Source of the DNA: Lachnospiraceae bacterium
GTDB lineage: Bacteria; Bacillota; Clostridia; Lachnospirales; Lachnospiraceae
Reading direction: 5' to 3'
Assembly (NCBI GenBank): GCA_009774375.1
Contig: VSNO01000005.1
Location: 1,816-65,815 of the forward strand
DNA length: 64,000 nucleotides
In this document: positions 47,788 to 59,129 of the stretch, piece by piece
Numbering within the stretch: the first letter of the stretch is position 1
How the letters are laid out: each line of letters opens with the position of its first letter
The notes under the pieces: generated by a model
What the model saw: the letters and a program-made list of their open reading frames with translations, nothing else
What the model was told of the DNA's origin: nothing
Databases searched by the model: none
Program-made: the position numbers and the translations under genes

Positions 47788-50700
47788 CTATCTGAAATAC
47801 TGTACGCCAGCCTCAAAGATCTTCATATCCTGTTCCCCATAGATGTTCATCGCCACAGCATCACCGCGTCTCTCCACGTGCGCCATCTTGCCAAGGCATC
47901 TTCCGTCGGGAGAAGTGATCCCCTCGATCGCCGCATAGGAGCCATTGACATTCCACTCCTCATCCATCGAGATGTTTCCATCAAAGTCCGCATACTGCGT
48001 CGCCACCTGTCCATTGGCAAAGAGCCTGTCGATCCACTCCTTCGGCGCCACGAAACGCCCTTCCCCGTGGGAAGCCGGCGTCACATACGTCCGCCCAAGC
48101 TCTGTGAACGCAAGCCACGGTGACTTGTTTGTGACCACTTTCGTGTACACCATCCTCGAGATATGGCGGTTGATCGTATTGTAGGTAAGAGTCGGTGAAT
48201 CCTCCTTCTGCCCTGCAACTTCACCGTAAGGCACCAGCCCCAGCTTGATCATTGCCTGGAATCCGTTGCAGATCCCAAGCGCGAGTCCATCCCGCTCATT
48301 CAGAAGCCTGTTCACCGCCTCCCTGATCTTCGCGTTCTGAAACGCCGTTGCAAAGAACTTGGCACTTCCGTCAGGCTCGTCGCCGGCTGAGAACCCACCC
48401 GGGAACATGATGATCTGCGCCTGTGCGATCGCCCGCTCAAACACGTCCACGGAATCCCTGATATCCCCCGCCGACAGATTGCGGAATACCTTCGTCACGA
48501 CATTGGCACCTGCGCGCTCAAATGCGATCGTCGAATCATACTCACAGTTCGTTCCTGGAAATACCGGTATAAACACAGTCGGCTTTGCCACTTTATTCTT
48601 ACATACATAGACGTCTTTTGTATCGTACAGCTTCGTCCCGACCGCGTCAGTCCCCTTCAACGCCTTTGTCGGAAATACCTTTTCGAGCTTTGATGTCCAC
48701 GCCTTCAGGGCCTCGTCCATCGTCACGGCCACATCTTTGTACACAAAGCCTTCGTTCTCACCGAGCACCACGGCAACTGTTCTGTACGCCACGCCGCTCC
48801 CAGCAAGTGCATCAAACCTGTCAGCAGAAATCTCGGCGATAATACTGCCCATCTTGTTTTCAAAGAGTTCGTTTGCCGCAAGTGTACTCTCAAACGCGAC
48901 GCCCATCCTATTTCCAAATGCCATCTTCGCCGCAGACGCCGCGATCCCTTTCGAGTCCAGCGCATACGCGGCTACGATCACCTTGTCTGCGATCAGCCTC
49001 GCAATGCCGCTGTAGAGTTCCATGACCTTCCCGTAATCAGGGAGGTCGTACTCATTCTTCGGCAGATCGAATACAACAAGCCTGTCCCCCGCATTCTTCA
49101 GCTCCGGCGTGATGATATCCTGCTTCTTTGCCACATCGACCGCAAAGGAGACGAGCGTCGGCGGCACATCGATCTCATTGAACGTACCCGACATGGAATC
49201 CTTGCCGCCGATCGAAGGCAGACCGTATCCGATCTGTGCATCATACGCGCCGAGCAACGCCGCAAACGGCTGGCTCCAGCGGGACGGCTCCCCGGTCATA
49301 CGCCTGAAATACTCCTGGAATGTAAAGCGGATCTTTCTAAAATCACCGCCTGCCGCCACGATCTTTGACATGGACTCCGTCACCGCATACACTGCGCCGT
49401 GATACGGACTCCAGCTGGACAGGTACGGGTCAAAACCGTATGCCATCATTGTCACGACATCAGTCTTTCCCTTCAATACGGGAAGTTTGGCGACCATCGC
49501 CTGTGTCTCTGTGAGCTGGTATTTACCGCCGTACGGCATAAATACGCTGCCGGCGCCGATCGACCCGTCAAACATCTCCACAAGCCCTTTCTGCGAACAC
49601 ACATTCAGATCATTCAGCGTGGCAAGAACCGCCCCCTTTACATCGCCCGCCTTCAGCGCATTCTCAACCTTTGGCACAGCGATCCTGTCAAAATAATTGT
49701 CCTCCTTCACAGGCGCATCCACATACACGCTGGCCTCCTGGTGCGCCCCGTTCGTGTTGAGAAAAGCTCTCGCGATATCCACGACCTTCTTTCCCCTCCA
49801 CATCAGCACAAGCCTCGGCTCCTCGGTCACTGTCGCGACCTTCACCGCCTCGAGATTCTCCTCTGCCGCATACGCAAGAAACTGGTCAGCATCCTTCGGA
49901 TCCACGACGACCGCCATCCTCTCCTGCGACTCTGAAATTGCCAGCTCTGTCCCGTCGAGACCTGCGTATTTCTTCGGTACCTTATCCATGTCCACGACAA
50001 GTCCGTCCGCCAGCTCCCCGATCGCCACGGATACCCCGCCCGCGCCAAAGTCATTGCACTTTTTGATGATCCGGCTGACCTCCGCCCTGCGGAACAGTCT
50101 CTGCAGCTTGCGCTCCGTCGGTGCATTGCCCTTCTGCACCTCCGCGCCGCAGGTAGAGAGCGACGCCGTCGTGTGCACCTTGGAGGAGCCTGTCGCCCCG
50201 CCGCAGCCATCGCGTCCTGTGCGCCCGCCGAGCAGGATGATGATATCGCCGGGATCAGAATTTTCCCGAATCACGCTCGCTCTCGGGGCGGCAGCCATGA
50301 CCGCACCGATCTCCATCCTCTTTGCCACATAGTTCGGATGGTAGATCTCTTTGACAAATCCCGTCGCCAGTCCGATCTGATTTCCGTAGGAGGAATAGCC
50401 GCTCGCCGCGCCGCGGACCAGTTTTTTCTGGGAGAGCTTCCCGCGCATCGTATTCTCAACAGGTGCAGTCGGATCTGCCGCACCTGTGACACGCATCGCC
50501 TGGTAAACATATGTACGTCCCGAGAGCGGATCGCGGATCGCGCCGCCGAGACAGGTCGCAGCTCCGCCAAACGGTTCGATCTCTGTCGGATGATTGTGCG
50601 TCTCGTTTTTGAAGTTGACAAGCCACTCCTCAGTGACAACGCCCTTTCCATCCTCCTTGTCGATCTCCACTGGAACGACGATCGAGCAGGCATTGATCTC

Positions 50701-51597
50701 GTCCGACTTCTCCATATCCTCCAGCCTGCCATCCTTTTTCAGCTTCCGCATCGCCATGAGCGCCAGATCCATCAGGCAGACATACTTGTCCATTCTTCCG
50801 GCAAAGATCTCCTCGCGCACGGCAAGGTACTGATCGTACGTCGTCCTGATCGGCTCCGAATAATAGCCATCCTCAAAATCAATATGCTTTAACTCTGTAG
50901 AGAATGTCGTGTGCCGGCAGTGGTCAGACCAGTACGTGTCAAGCACCCGGATCTCCGTCACGGTCGGATTCCTGTGTTCCTCATCCCTGAAATACTTCTG
51001 GATATGCAGAAAATCCCTGAACGTCATGGCAAGCCCGAGCGAATCATAAAGCTCCCTCAGATCGTCCTCAGCCATGTCCGCAAATCCGTCAAAGCTCCCC
51101 ACATCGGCCGGCTCCTCAAAAGTCTGCACCAATGTGTGCGGCTTCTCCATCCCCGTCTCCCTCGAGTCCACAGGATTGATACAGTACCGTTTGATCTTAT
51201 CAAACTCACTGGCAGATATATTTCCGATCAACAGATATGTGACTGCCGTCTTGATGACCGGCTGCTCGTCCTCATTTAAAAACTGCACACACTGCACTGC
51301 GGAATCCGCCCGCTGGTCAAACTGTCCCGGCAGGAACTCCACCGAAAAACAGCGGGAGTCTGCCGGCATCTCAATGTCCTCCATATACAGATCATCGACA
51401 GGAGGCTCCGAAAACACGCTCCTGCATGCCTTCTCGAACACCTCCTCCGAGAGGTTCTCCACATCGTAGCGGATAAAGATCCTGACTTTCTTTAATCCAG
51501 CAATGCCCAGATACCCTTTCAGTTCATCCTCCAGCTCCCTCGCCTTTACCGCAAAAGCTTCCTTCTTCTCCACATAGATCCGTTTTACATTCTCCAT
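47788..51597 (-). CDS. purL: Phosphoribosylformylglycinamidine synthase (single-chain FGAM synthase)
   Basis: 1269 aa with a PurS-like N-terminus, PurL AIR-synthase-like repeats and a C-terminal glutaminase domain (GICNGFQ). Start at ATG 51597 after GGAGGA. Confidence 0.95.
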   Translation of the reverse strand: MENVKRIYVEKKEAFAVKARELEDELKGYLGIAGLKKVRIFIRYDVENLSEEVFEKACRSVFSEPPVDDLYMEDIEMPADSRCFSVEFLPGQFDQRADSAVQCVQFLNEDEQPVIKTAVTYLLIGNISASEFDKIKRYCINPVDSRETGMEKPHTLVQTFEEPADVGSFDGFADMAEDDLRELYDSLGLAMTFRDFLHIQKYFRDEEHRNPTVTEIRVLDTYWSDHCRHTTFSTELKHIDFEDGYYSEPIRTTYDQYLAVREEIFAGRMDKYVCLMDLALMAMRKLKKDGRLEDMEKSDEINACSIVVPVEIDKEDGKGVVTEEWLVNFKNETHNHPTEIEPFGGAATCLGGAIRDPLSGRTYVYQAMRVTGAADPTAPVENTMRGKLSQKKLVRGAASGYSSYGNQIGLATGFVKEIYHPNYVAKRMEIGAVMAAAPRASVIRENSDPGDIIILLGGRTGRDGCGGATGSSKVHTTASLSTCGAEVQKGNAPTERKLQRLFRRAEVSRIIKKCNDFGAGGVSVAIGELADGLVVDMDKVPKKYAGLDGTELAISESQERMAVVVDPKDADQFLAYAAEENLEAVKVATVTEEPRLVLMWRGKKVVDIARAFLNTNGAHQEASVYVDAPVKEDNYFDRIAVPKVENALKAGDVKGAVLATLNDLNVCSQKGLVEMFDGSIGAGSVFMPYGGKYQLTETQAMVAKLPVLKGKTDVVTMMAYGFDPYLSSWSPYHGAVYAVTESMSKIVAAGGDFRKIRFTFQEYFRRMTGEPSRWSQPFAALLGAYDAQIGYGLPSIGGKDSMSGTFNEIDVPPTLVSFAVDVAKKQDIITPELKNAGDRLVVFDLPKNEYDLPDYGKVMELYSGIARLIADKVIVAAYALDSKGIAASAAKMAFGNRMGVAFESTLAANELFENKMGSIIAEISADRFDALAGSGVAYRTVAVVLGENEGFVYKDVAVTMDEALKAWTSKLEKVFPTKALKGTDAVGTKLYDTKDVYVCKNKVAKPTVFIPVFPGTNCEYDSTIAFERAGANVVTKVFRNLSAGDIRDSVDVFERAIAQAQIIMFPGGFSAGDEPDGSAKFFATAFQNAKIREAVNRLLNERDGLALGICNGFQAMIKLGLVPYGEVAGQKEDSPTLTYNTINRHISRMVYTKVVTNKSPWLAFTELGRTYVTPASHGEGRFVAPKEWIDRLFANGQVATQYADFDGNISMDEEWNVNGSYAAIEGITSPDGRCLGKMAHVERRGDAVAMNIYGEQDMKIFEAGVQYFR

Positions 51598-51636
51598 TTT
51601 TTTATCCTCCATTTTATGTCGCATGCTGGCAGATGC

Positions 51637-52628
51637 CTACTGATCATACTGTGAGACGTTGCTGCTGTCCACGCGCTCGAAATCAACCCAGACATATCTG
51701 CCGTCCTCGGTGCTTCCCTCAACATCCTTCACGCTGCCAGTCTCGACAAGCCGTATCGCCGCGTCAACCGCCGCATGCCCCTGTCCGCTTCCAGACTGGT
51801 ATACCGTGAATGCCATCTCGCCGTTGCGGATCGCCTCACAGCCGTCCGCAGTGGCATCCACCCCCAGGATCGGGAGCGTACTGCAGTCAATGCCGTTATT
51901 CCTACACGCCTCCATGACGCCGAGCGCCATGGCATCATTGTTGCAGATCACACAATCTGCCGAAACGCCTGTCTTCAGAAACAGCTCAAACAGCTTCTGT
52001 GCCTGCGCGGTATCCCAGCCTGCACTGTCCTCGAACACATAGTGAACCTGCTTTCCGCTCTCCTCCAGCACCCTCTTCACGCCGCTCGTCCTTCCTACCG
52101 TGGCAGAATGGCTCGCCGGCCCCTTGATCAGCACCACATTGAACTCCTGTCTGCCAGACAGCTTACTCAGTACATATTCCGCCTGGAATGCTCCCGCGAC
52201 CTGCTCGCTGGAACCGACATAAATGTATTTTCCCTCCTGTAAGTACTTCTCGTCCGGACAGCTGTTGACGAACACGATCGGGACATCCCCCACGCTCATC
52301 TTCAGCTGGACCGCCGTATCCACCGAGACAGGACTGCATATGATCACGTCATAGTTCTCAGCCGCCGCCTTTTTTAACTGTTCTACCTGACGCTCGATCG
52401 ATCCCTGCGCATCCTCCATGGCAAACTGTGCCCCGGCCTGTGCCGCCTGTTCCGCGGCGCCGTCCACGAGCGTCTGGCGGAAGGTATCCATCTGGTTCAA
52501 TGCGAAGAAGATCTTTACCCCGCCTCTCCCTCTGGCTGCGCTCTGACCGCATCCCGGCACTGCACAGATCAGCAGGACGATCGCCAGCCACACGGAAATA
52601 TATCTTTTCATACAGCTTTTTCCTCTCA

Positions 52629-52629
<1 letters not shown>
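51637..52629 (-). CDS. Periplasmic-binding-protein type I sugar-binding lipoprotein (RbsB/MglB-like), no cognate permease or ATPase adjacent
   Basis: Lipobox LLICAVPGCGQS, then an RbsB-like fold (VIICSPV..., ICNNDAMALGV, ILGVDAT). The ATG at 52629 overlaps the TGA of the upstream mcp (TGATG). Alternative starts are GTG 52632 or ATG 52611. Confidence 0.85.
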
Positions 52630-54669
<2,040 letters not shown>

Positions 54670-56076
54670 TCATTCCTTTCCATTCCAACAGTAGGTGCAG
54701 AGTTTGCAGTGATCCAGCCCTGTCGCGTCGAGCATATCGTCCAGCCTGTTGAAACGCAGCGAAGTGAAGTTCAACTCCTTCCGGATATCCTCGACCATCC
54801 GCTCATATTTCTCAGACTCGGGATCTGCATATTCCTCCAGAACCTCTTTGGTCACATTGCCGTTTTCGAGCCGCTCGATCACGCGCCTGGTGATTAGATC
54901 CATCTCCGATGAGGAGCGGGAGAAGTTCAGATACTTGCAGCCGTACAGAAGCGGGGGGCACGCCGGCCTGATGTGGACCTCCTTCGCGCCGCTCTGGTAC
55001 AGGAACTCCGTGGTCTCCCGCATCTGCGTCCCCCGCACGATCGAGTCGTCGATCAGCAGCAGGCTCTTATCCTTGATCAGCTCGTCCACCGCCAGCAGCT
55101 TCATCCTGGCGATCAGATTACGCTTGCTCTGTATGGTCGGCATGAAAGAGCGCGGCCACGTCGGCGTGTACTTGATAAACGGTCTGGAAAAGGGAATGCC
55201 CGACTCATTGGCATATCCGACCGCATGGGCGATGCCGGAGTCCGGAACGCCAGCCACGATATCCGGTTTCACATTGTCGCGCCGCGCCATCTTCTCCCCG
55301 CAGCGATAGCGCATCTGCTCCACGTTGACACCCTCGTAGGAGCTGGCGGGATACCCGTAATAAACCCACAGAAATGTGCAGATCTTCATGTCCTTCTGCG
55401 GATTTACGAGCGTCACGCAGTTCTTCTCCGTCATCACCACGACCTCGCCGGGTCCCAGCTCCTTATAATCTGTGTATCCCAGATTTTTGTAGGCGAAGTT
55501 CTCAAACGAAGCGCAGAAGCCGTCGTCCTTCTTTCCGATCGAGATCGGCGTCCTGCCGTACTTATCCCGCGCAGCATAGATCCCCGCCTTGTTCATCAGC
55601 AGGATCGACAGCGAGCCGTCGATCGACTCCAGCGCAAAATTGATGCCCTCGATCAAATTTTCCCTGCGGTTGATCAGCGCCGCGACAAGCTCCGTGGCAT
55701 TGACCTCCCCGCCGCTCATCTCCTGAAAATGTGCATGTCCCACATCAAAGAGACGCTGTATCAGCTCATCTGTGTTGTTAATCTTTCCCACAGTCGTCAG
55801 CGCATATGTGCCGTGATGCGAACGTATGATCAGAGGCTGCGGCTCGTAGTCCGATATACAGCCAATACCGTAGTTCCCATGCATCTCCGTCACATCCTTG
55901 TCAAATTTGGTTCGGAACGGTGCATTCTCAATGTTATGGATCGCCCTGTTGAACCCATCTGCCCCGTAAACCGCCATACCGCCGCGCCGCGTCCCCAGAT
56001 GGGAGTGGTAGTCAATGCCAAAAAACAGATCAAATACACAATCCTGCTGTGATGTTACTCCAAAAAAGCCGCCCAT
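54670..56076 (-). CDS. purF: Amidophosphoribosyltransferase homologue with degenerate glutaminase active site
   Basis: PRTase motifs GVPDSG and LLLIDDSIVRGTQ, plus Fe-S-ligand-like cysteines (CTFLWVYYG, CPPLLYGC, CKLCTYC). The N-terminus is MGGFFGV instead of MCG(I/V). Start at ATG 56076 (GAAAGGAAA SD). Confidence 0.85.
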   Translation of the reverse strand: MGGFFGVTSQQDCVFDLFFGIDYHSHLGTRRGGMAVYGADGFNRAIHNIENAPFRTKFDKDVTEMHGNYGIGCISDYEPQPLIIRSHHGTYALTTVGKINNTDELIQRLFDVGHAHFQEMSGGEVNATELVAALINRRENLIEGINFALESIDGSLSILLMNKAGIYAARDKYGRTPISIGKKDDGFCASFENFAYKNLGYTDYKELGPGEVVVMTEKNCVTLVNPQKDMKICTFLWVYYGYPASSYEGVNVEQMRYRCGEKMARRDNVKPDIVAGVPDSGIAHAVGYANESGIPFSRPFIKYTPTWPRSFMPTIQSKRNLIARMKLLAVDELIKDKSLLLIDDSIVRGTQMRETTEFLYQSGAKEVHIRPACPPLLYGCKYLNFSRSSSEMDLITRRVIERLENGNVTKEVLEEYADPESEKYERMVEDIRKELNFTSLRFNRLDDMLDATGLDHCKLCTYCWNGKE

Positions 56077-56178
56077 TTCAGTTTCCTTTCTGTTATAAAA
56101 TTTGTACGATTCAGATACTGCTGCTGTAGCTGTATACATGTCCAATCTCAACATGATGTCTGCACAGCCCATACATAT

Positions 56179-56207
56179 ATTATATTTCTTCGCGCCGAAT
56201 ACCACAA
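56179..56207 (-). promoter_or_regulatory. Putative promoter of the purF-like gene (TTGTGG-17-TATAAT)
   Basis: Hexamers read on the minus strand ~100 nt upstream of ATG 56076, just after the upstream terminator. Confidence 0.45.
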
Positions 56208-56232
56208 GTAAAAATTTTGCAGAACGCAAAAT

Positions 56233-56259
56233 CGGGCAGGAAATCTGCTTCCCTGCCCG
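56233..56259 (-). terminator. Terminator hairpin CGGGCAGG-N11-CCTGCCCG followed by ATTTTG (minus strand)
   Basis: Lies 7 nt downstream of the SMI1/KNR4-like gene stop. Confidence 0.65.
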
Positions 56260-56265
56260 GTATCT

Positions 56266-56955
56266 TCATCTTCGCATCTGAACATAAAAACTATAATCCG
56301 GCATCTCCTCACCGCACGCCCTCAGCTGCCGCTCATACGCCTTATCATATTTTCCGCAGAAATACACATCCAGCAGCGCCTTAAAATCCGGAAACTTCCG
56401 CTCGCCTGCCGCCCTGCCGTTCCCGTCGATATATCCCGCGGCTTTCCAGTCGAACACCGTCTCGTCAAACCGGCAGATCTGCCAGGTTGACGGATCGTCC
56501 TCACGGATATCTGCTGTTTGGTTCAGGTCAATGCACAATGGGCCATCCCACTCGCCGATCGGCACCAGATTCCTGACACAGTCCAGTTTCAGATTTATGA
56601 GCTCCCTGTCTGTGCAGATCCTGCGGAAACTCTCCATGCCCGCATACAGATTCCTGAGCGGCTCCTGCCGCGGCAGCGAGATCAGTTCGATCCAGCACAG
56701 ACCTTTCTCACTCTCCGGTTCGCTGTGTTCCATGCCGTCCAGCGGCACAGGTGCGCACATGATTGTGAAATCATAGCTGTACGCCTTCAAAAACGCCCTG
56801 AAAAGATCCGGAAGCCTGACATCAAACGTTCTCTCAAATTCATCAACATCCTGGTCTGTCACCGTACTGGGCGTCAGCATGGATTCACTCACGACCCCTC
56901 TCCTGATCAGTTTCCGAAATGCCTTCTCCACAATCTGTTTCTGTGTCTGTACCAT
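56266..56955 (-). CDS. SMI1/KNR4 (SUKH-1) family protein, immunity-protein-like
   Basis: DVDEFERTFDVRLPDLFRAFLKAYSY and LVPIGEWDGPLCIDLN match the characteristic SUKH-1 N-terminal LPxxYxxFL and central PIGxxxGxxxCID motifs. Start at ATG 56955 (AGAGG SD). Confidence 0.6.
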   Translation of the reverse strand: MVQTQKQIVEKAFRKLIRRGVVSESMLTPSTVTDQDVDEFERTFDVRLPDLFRAFLKAYSYDFTIMCAPVPLDGMEHSEPESEKGLCWIELISLPRQEPLRNLYAGMESFRRICTDRELINLKLDCVRNLVPIGEWDGPLCIDLNQTADIREDDPSTWQICRFDETVFDWKAAGYIDGNGRAAGERKFPDFKALLDVYFCGKYDKAYERQLRACGEEMPDYSFYVQMRR

Positions 56956-57025
56956 ACATCTTACCTCTTCTGCTTCCTGATTTTCTATGAGATAAAATAT
57001 ATCATACCCAGAAACGCCATTGTTC

Positions 57026-57061
57026 AAAACGGCGAAATCCATATATAAAATGGCGAAATCC
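57026..57061 (-). promoter_or_regulatory. Tandem direct repeat AAAA(C/T)GGCGAAATCC x2, 21-bp period; candidate LytTR-regulator binding site
   Basis: The two 15-nt units (57026..57040 and 57047..57061) match at 14/15 positions, with a perfect 10-nt core. It sits 7 nt after the kinase stop and ~70 nt upstream of the SMI1/KNR4 start, next to a TTGAAC -35-like hexamer on the minus strand. Confidence 0.55.
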
Positions 57062-57067
57062 GTCGTT

Positions 57068-58414
57068 TTACGGAGCCTCCTTAACCGGGACATACATCAG
57101 TATCCTGACCTCAAACAGGCCGTCCTCATCGCTGATCTCCATGCTTCCGTCATATTTTTCCACGATCCGCCTCACATTCCTGATCCCAAGTCCGTGAACC
57201 TGCGACTCATCTGTCCTGTCATACGCCTTTGTGGACTGATACCAGTCCTCCGTTTTCACCAGCTCTCCGCTGTAGCTGTTTCTGACCTCGATAAAGAGCA
57301 TTCCTTTCCGATACCGGATCTTAACCTGCAAAAGCCGCTCCTGCGACTTTCCTGCCGCCTCGATCGCATTCTCCATCAGATTGCCGAGGATAATGTTCCA
57401 GTCAAACGCCGGCATATCCAACGCCTCCGGCACGCTCACACGGCATCTGACGTTTTCCAGCTCACGCTCTGCCCGCTCGAGCATCAGGTTCATCAGGCTG
57501 TCGATATCCGCGTTGCCGCTGCTGATATGCTCCCCCTCATTCAGCAGATCCGCCTGCATATTCCGGACATACTCCGCGATCTCCTGCGGCTTCCCCCTGT
57601 CCGCCATCATCTGGATCTCGCTCAGATGATGCTTCAGATCGTGCCGCAGTCCGCGCACCTTTTCCTCCGATCTCATGACGACATTGAGCTGGTTGGAATA
57701 GCTCTCGAGCTGGCGTGCCACAAGGGCGCTCTCCTTCAGCTTGATATAGGCTCCCACCAGATCATCGCAGATGTAAAACACGATCAGGTTCAGACAGATG
57801 ATCCCCGCGCTGACTGCCGAGCCCGCCAGACGGTTCTCCGTCTCGGATAAGATCATCACAAACATCATGACCGCGCTGATACCCGGCAAAAATATCAGCA
57901 GATCCCAGTGTTTCAGCGATGTGTCTTCCCTGATGTTCTTGATGCAGAACTTCTCCATCACGCGCTCGCACACATACATGAATAAAAATATGGCATAGTA
58001 CATCTCCCGCCCATACACTCCATCCACCCTGCAGTCATATAGCATATACACTGCCAGCGTCTCGCAGAACAGATTCATGCCCTGGATCAGCAGTGCCGCC
58101 AGCAGTCTCTTCCCATTCTTTCCATGATATAGCTGTGTCAGCAGATATAAGAGCAGGGTATCCGCGATAAATCGCACCGGCATCACGGCAGACAGTGCGT
58201 CAACCAGACAGACGCCCGCCAGATAAGACATATACACTGCCAGAGCCACACCCCGTTCGGCCCACACCGCCCTCCTGTCTGAAACCGTGCGCAGAAAGGA
58301 CGTCAGCCACGCCGCATGCCCGTGTACATCAAAAATACTGTGTATGTACCTGAAAATAATGTATAGTACTGCAACCCGAAATACTGCCATCTCAAGAATC
58401 CTGTCCCCATGCAT
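57068..58414 (-). CDS. AgrC/ComD-like (HPK10-type, GHKL) membrane sensor histidine kinase
   Basis: About 6 N-terminal TM helices, H-box VRGLRHDLKHHL, N-box ILGNLMENAIEA and G-box HGLGIRNV. Follows a LytTR regulator gene. The start may be ATG 58390 (MAVFRV) instead of 58414. Confidence 0.8.
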   Translation of the reverse strand: MHGDRILEMAVFRVAVLYIIFRYIHSIFDVHGHAAWLTSFLRTVSDRRAVWAERGVALAVYMSYLAGVCLVDALSAVMPVRFIADTLLLYLLTQLYHGKNGKRLLAALLIQGMNLFCETLAVYMLYDCRVDGVYGREMYYAIFLFMYVCERVMEKFCIKNIREDTSLKHWDLLIFLPGISAVMMFVMILSETENRLAGSAVSAGIICLNLIVFYICDDLVGAYIKLKESALVARQLESYSNQLNVVMRSEEKVRGLRHDLKHHLSEIQMMADRGKPQEIAEYVRNMQADLLNEGEHISSGNADIDSLMNLMLERAERELENVRCRVSVPEALDMPAFDWNIILGNLMENAIEAAGKSQERLLQVKIRYRKGMLFIEVRNSYSGELVKTEDWYQSTKAYDRTDESQVHGLGIRNVRRIVEKYDGSMEISDEDGLFEVRILMYVPVKEAP

Positions 58415-59111
58415 AATCCATAATCTGTTTCCGAACCTGTTTCCTGTAGGGCTGGCTGATGCTCAGCTCCACGCCCCCGCTCATCTTCACAAGCTCATAG
58501 CTGCATTCATTCATGTGGTTCATGTTGATGATATACGACTGATGGATCTGTAAAAAATTCCCCGGCAGGATGTCTGCCAGGTCCCTGATCTTTCCGGTGA
58601 ACTGTACCGTCGACTCCGCCGTGACCATATTGATCTTCTTATTTTCACTGCCAAAATAAAGAATTTCCCTGTACGGGATCTTGCAGCTGTAGCCATTCGC
58701 CCTGTACTCAAACACGGTATTGCCGCGGTTGTACAGGCGCAGCGCCTCATCGATCGTCTCATAAATATCCTGCGCACTGACCGGCTTTATGAGAAAATCG
58801 ATCGGATGGATCTTGAAGAGCTCGAGCGCATAGCTGCTCTTGGATGAAATAAAGGCGATGCTGATGTCCTGATTCTCCAGTTCACGGCGGATCAGCCTGC
58901 CCACCTGTATACCGTCTGTGGACACCAGTTCGATATCCAGAAAAAGCAGATCGATCGCTTTCTTCTTCTGCATATCCTGATACAGCCCTTCCCCTGTATT
59001 CCAGACTGTAACCTCTATCCCGACCTTATTTCTCCTGTCATACTCATATATCATCTCCGCGATCTGCGCGCACGCGGCGTGCTCGTCATCGCAAATACCT
59101 ATATTATACAT
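58392..59111 (-). CDS. LytTR-family response regulator (AgrA-like)
   Basis: Receiver domain (MYNIGICDDE...DLLFLDIEL) plus a C-terminal LytTR DNA-binding domain (...FLQIHQSYIINMNHM...). Confidence 0.9.
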   Translation of the reverse strand: MYNIGICDDEHAACAQIAEMIYEYDRRNKVGIEVTVWNTGEGLYQDMQKKKAIDLLFLDIELVSTDGIQVGRLIRRELENQDISIAFISSKSSYALELFKIHPIDFLIKPVSAQDIYETIDEALRLYNRGNTVFEYRANGYSCKIPYREILYFGSENKKINMVTAESTVQFTGKIRDLADILPGNFLQIHQSYIINMNHMNECSYELVKMSGGVELSISQPYRKQVRKQIMDYAWGQDS

Positions 59112-59129
59112 ATCGATCAAGCCTTTCCA

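Noticed and set aside
54973-56052. 359-aa plus-strand ORF inside the purF-like gene
   Set aside because: It is an antisense shadow, because the minus strand carries clear PRTase motifs.
56956-57093. Upstream in-frame extension of the SMI1/KNR4 ORF, or an AIP-like precursor peptide
   Set aside because: The candidate ATGs (57093, 57042) lack an SD and the extension runs through the direct repeats. No Agr-type precursor features were seen.
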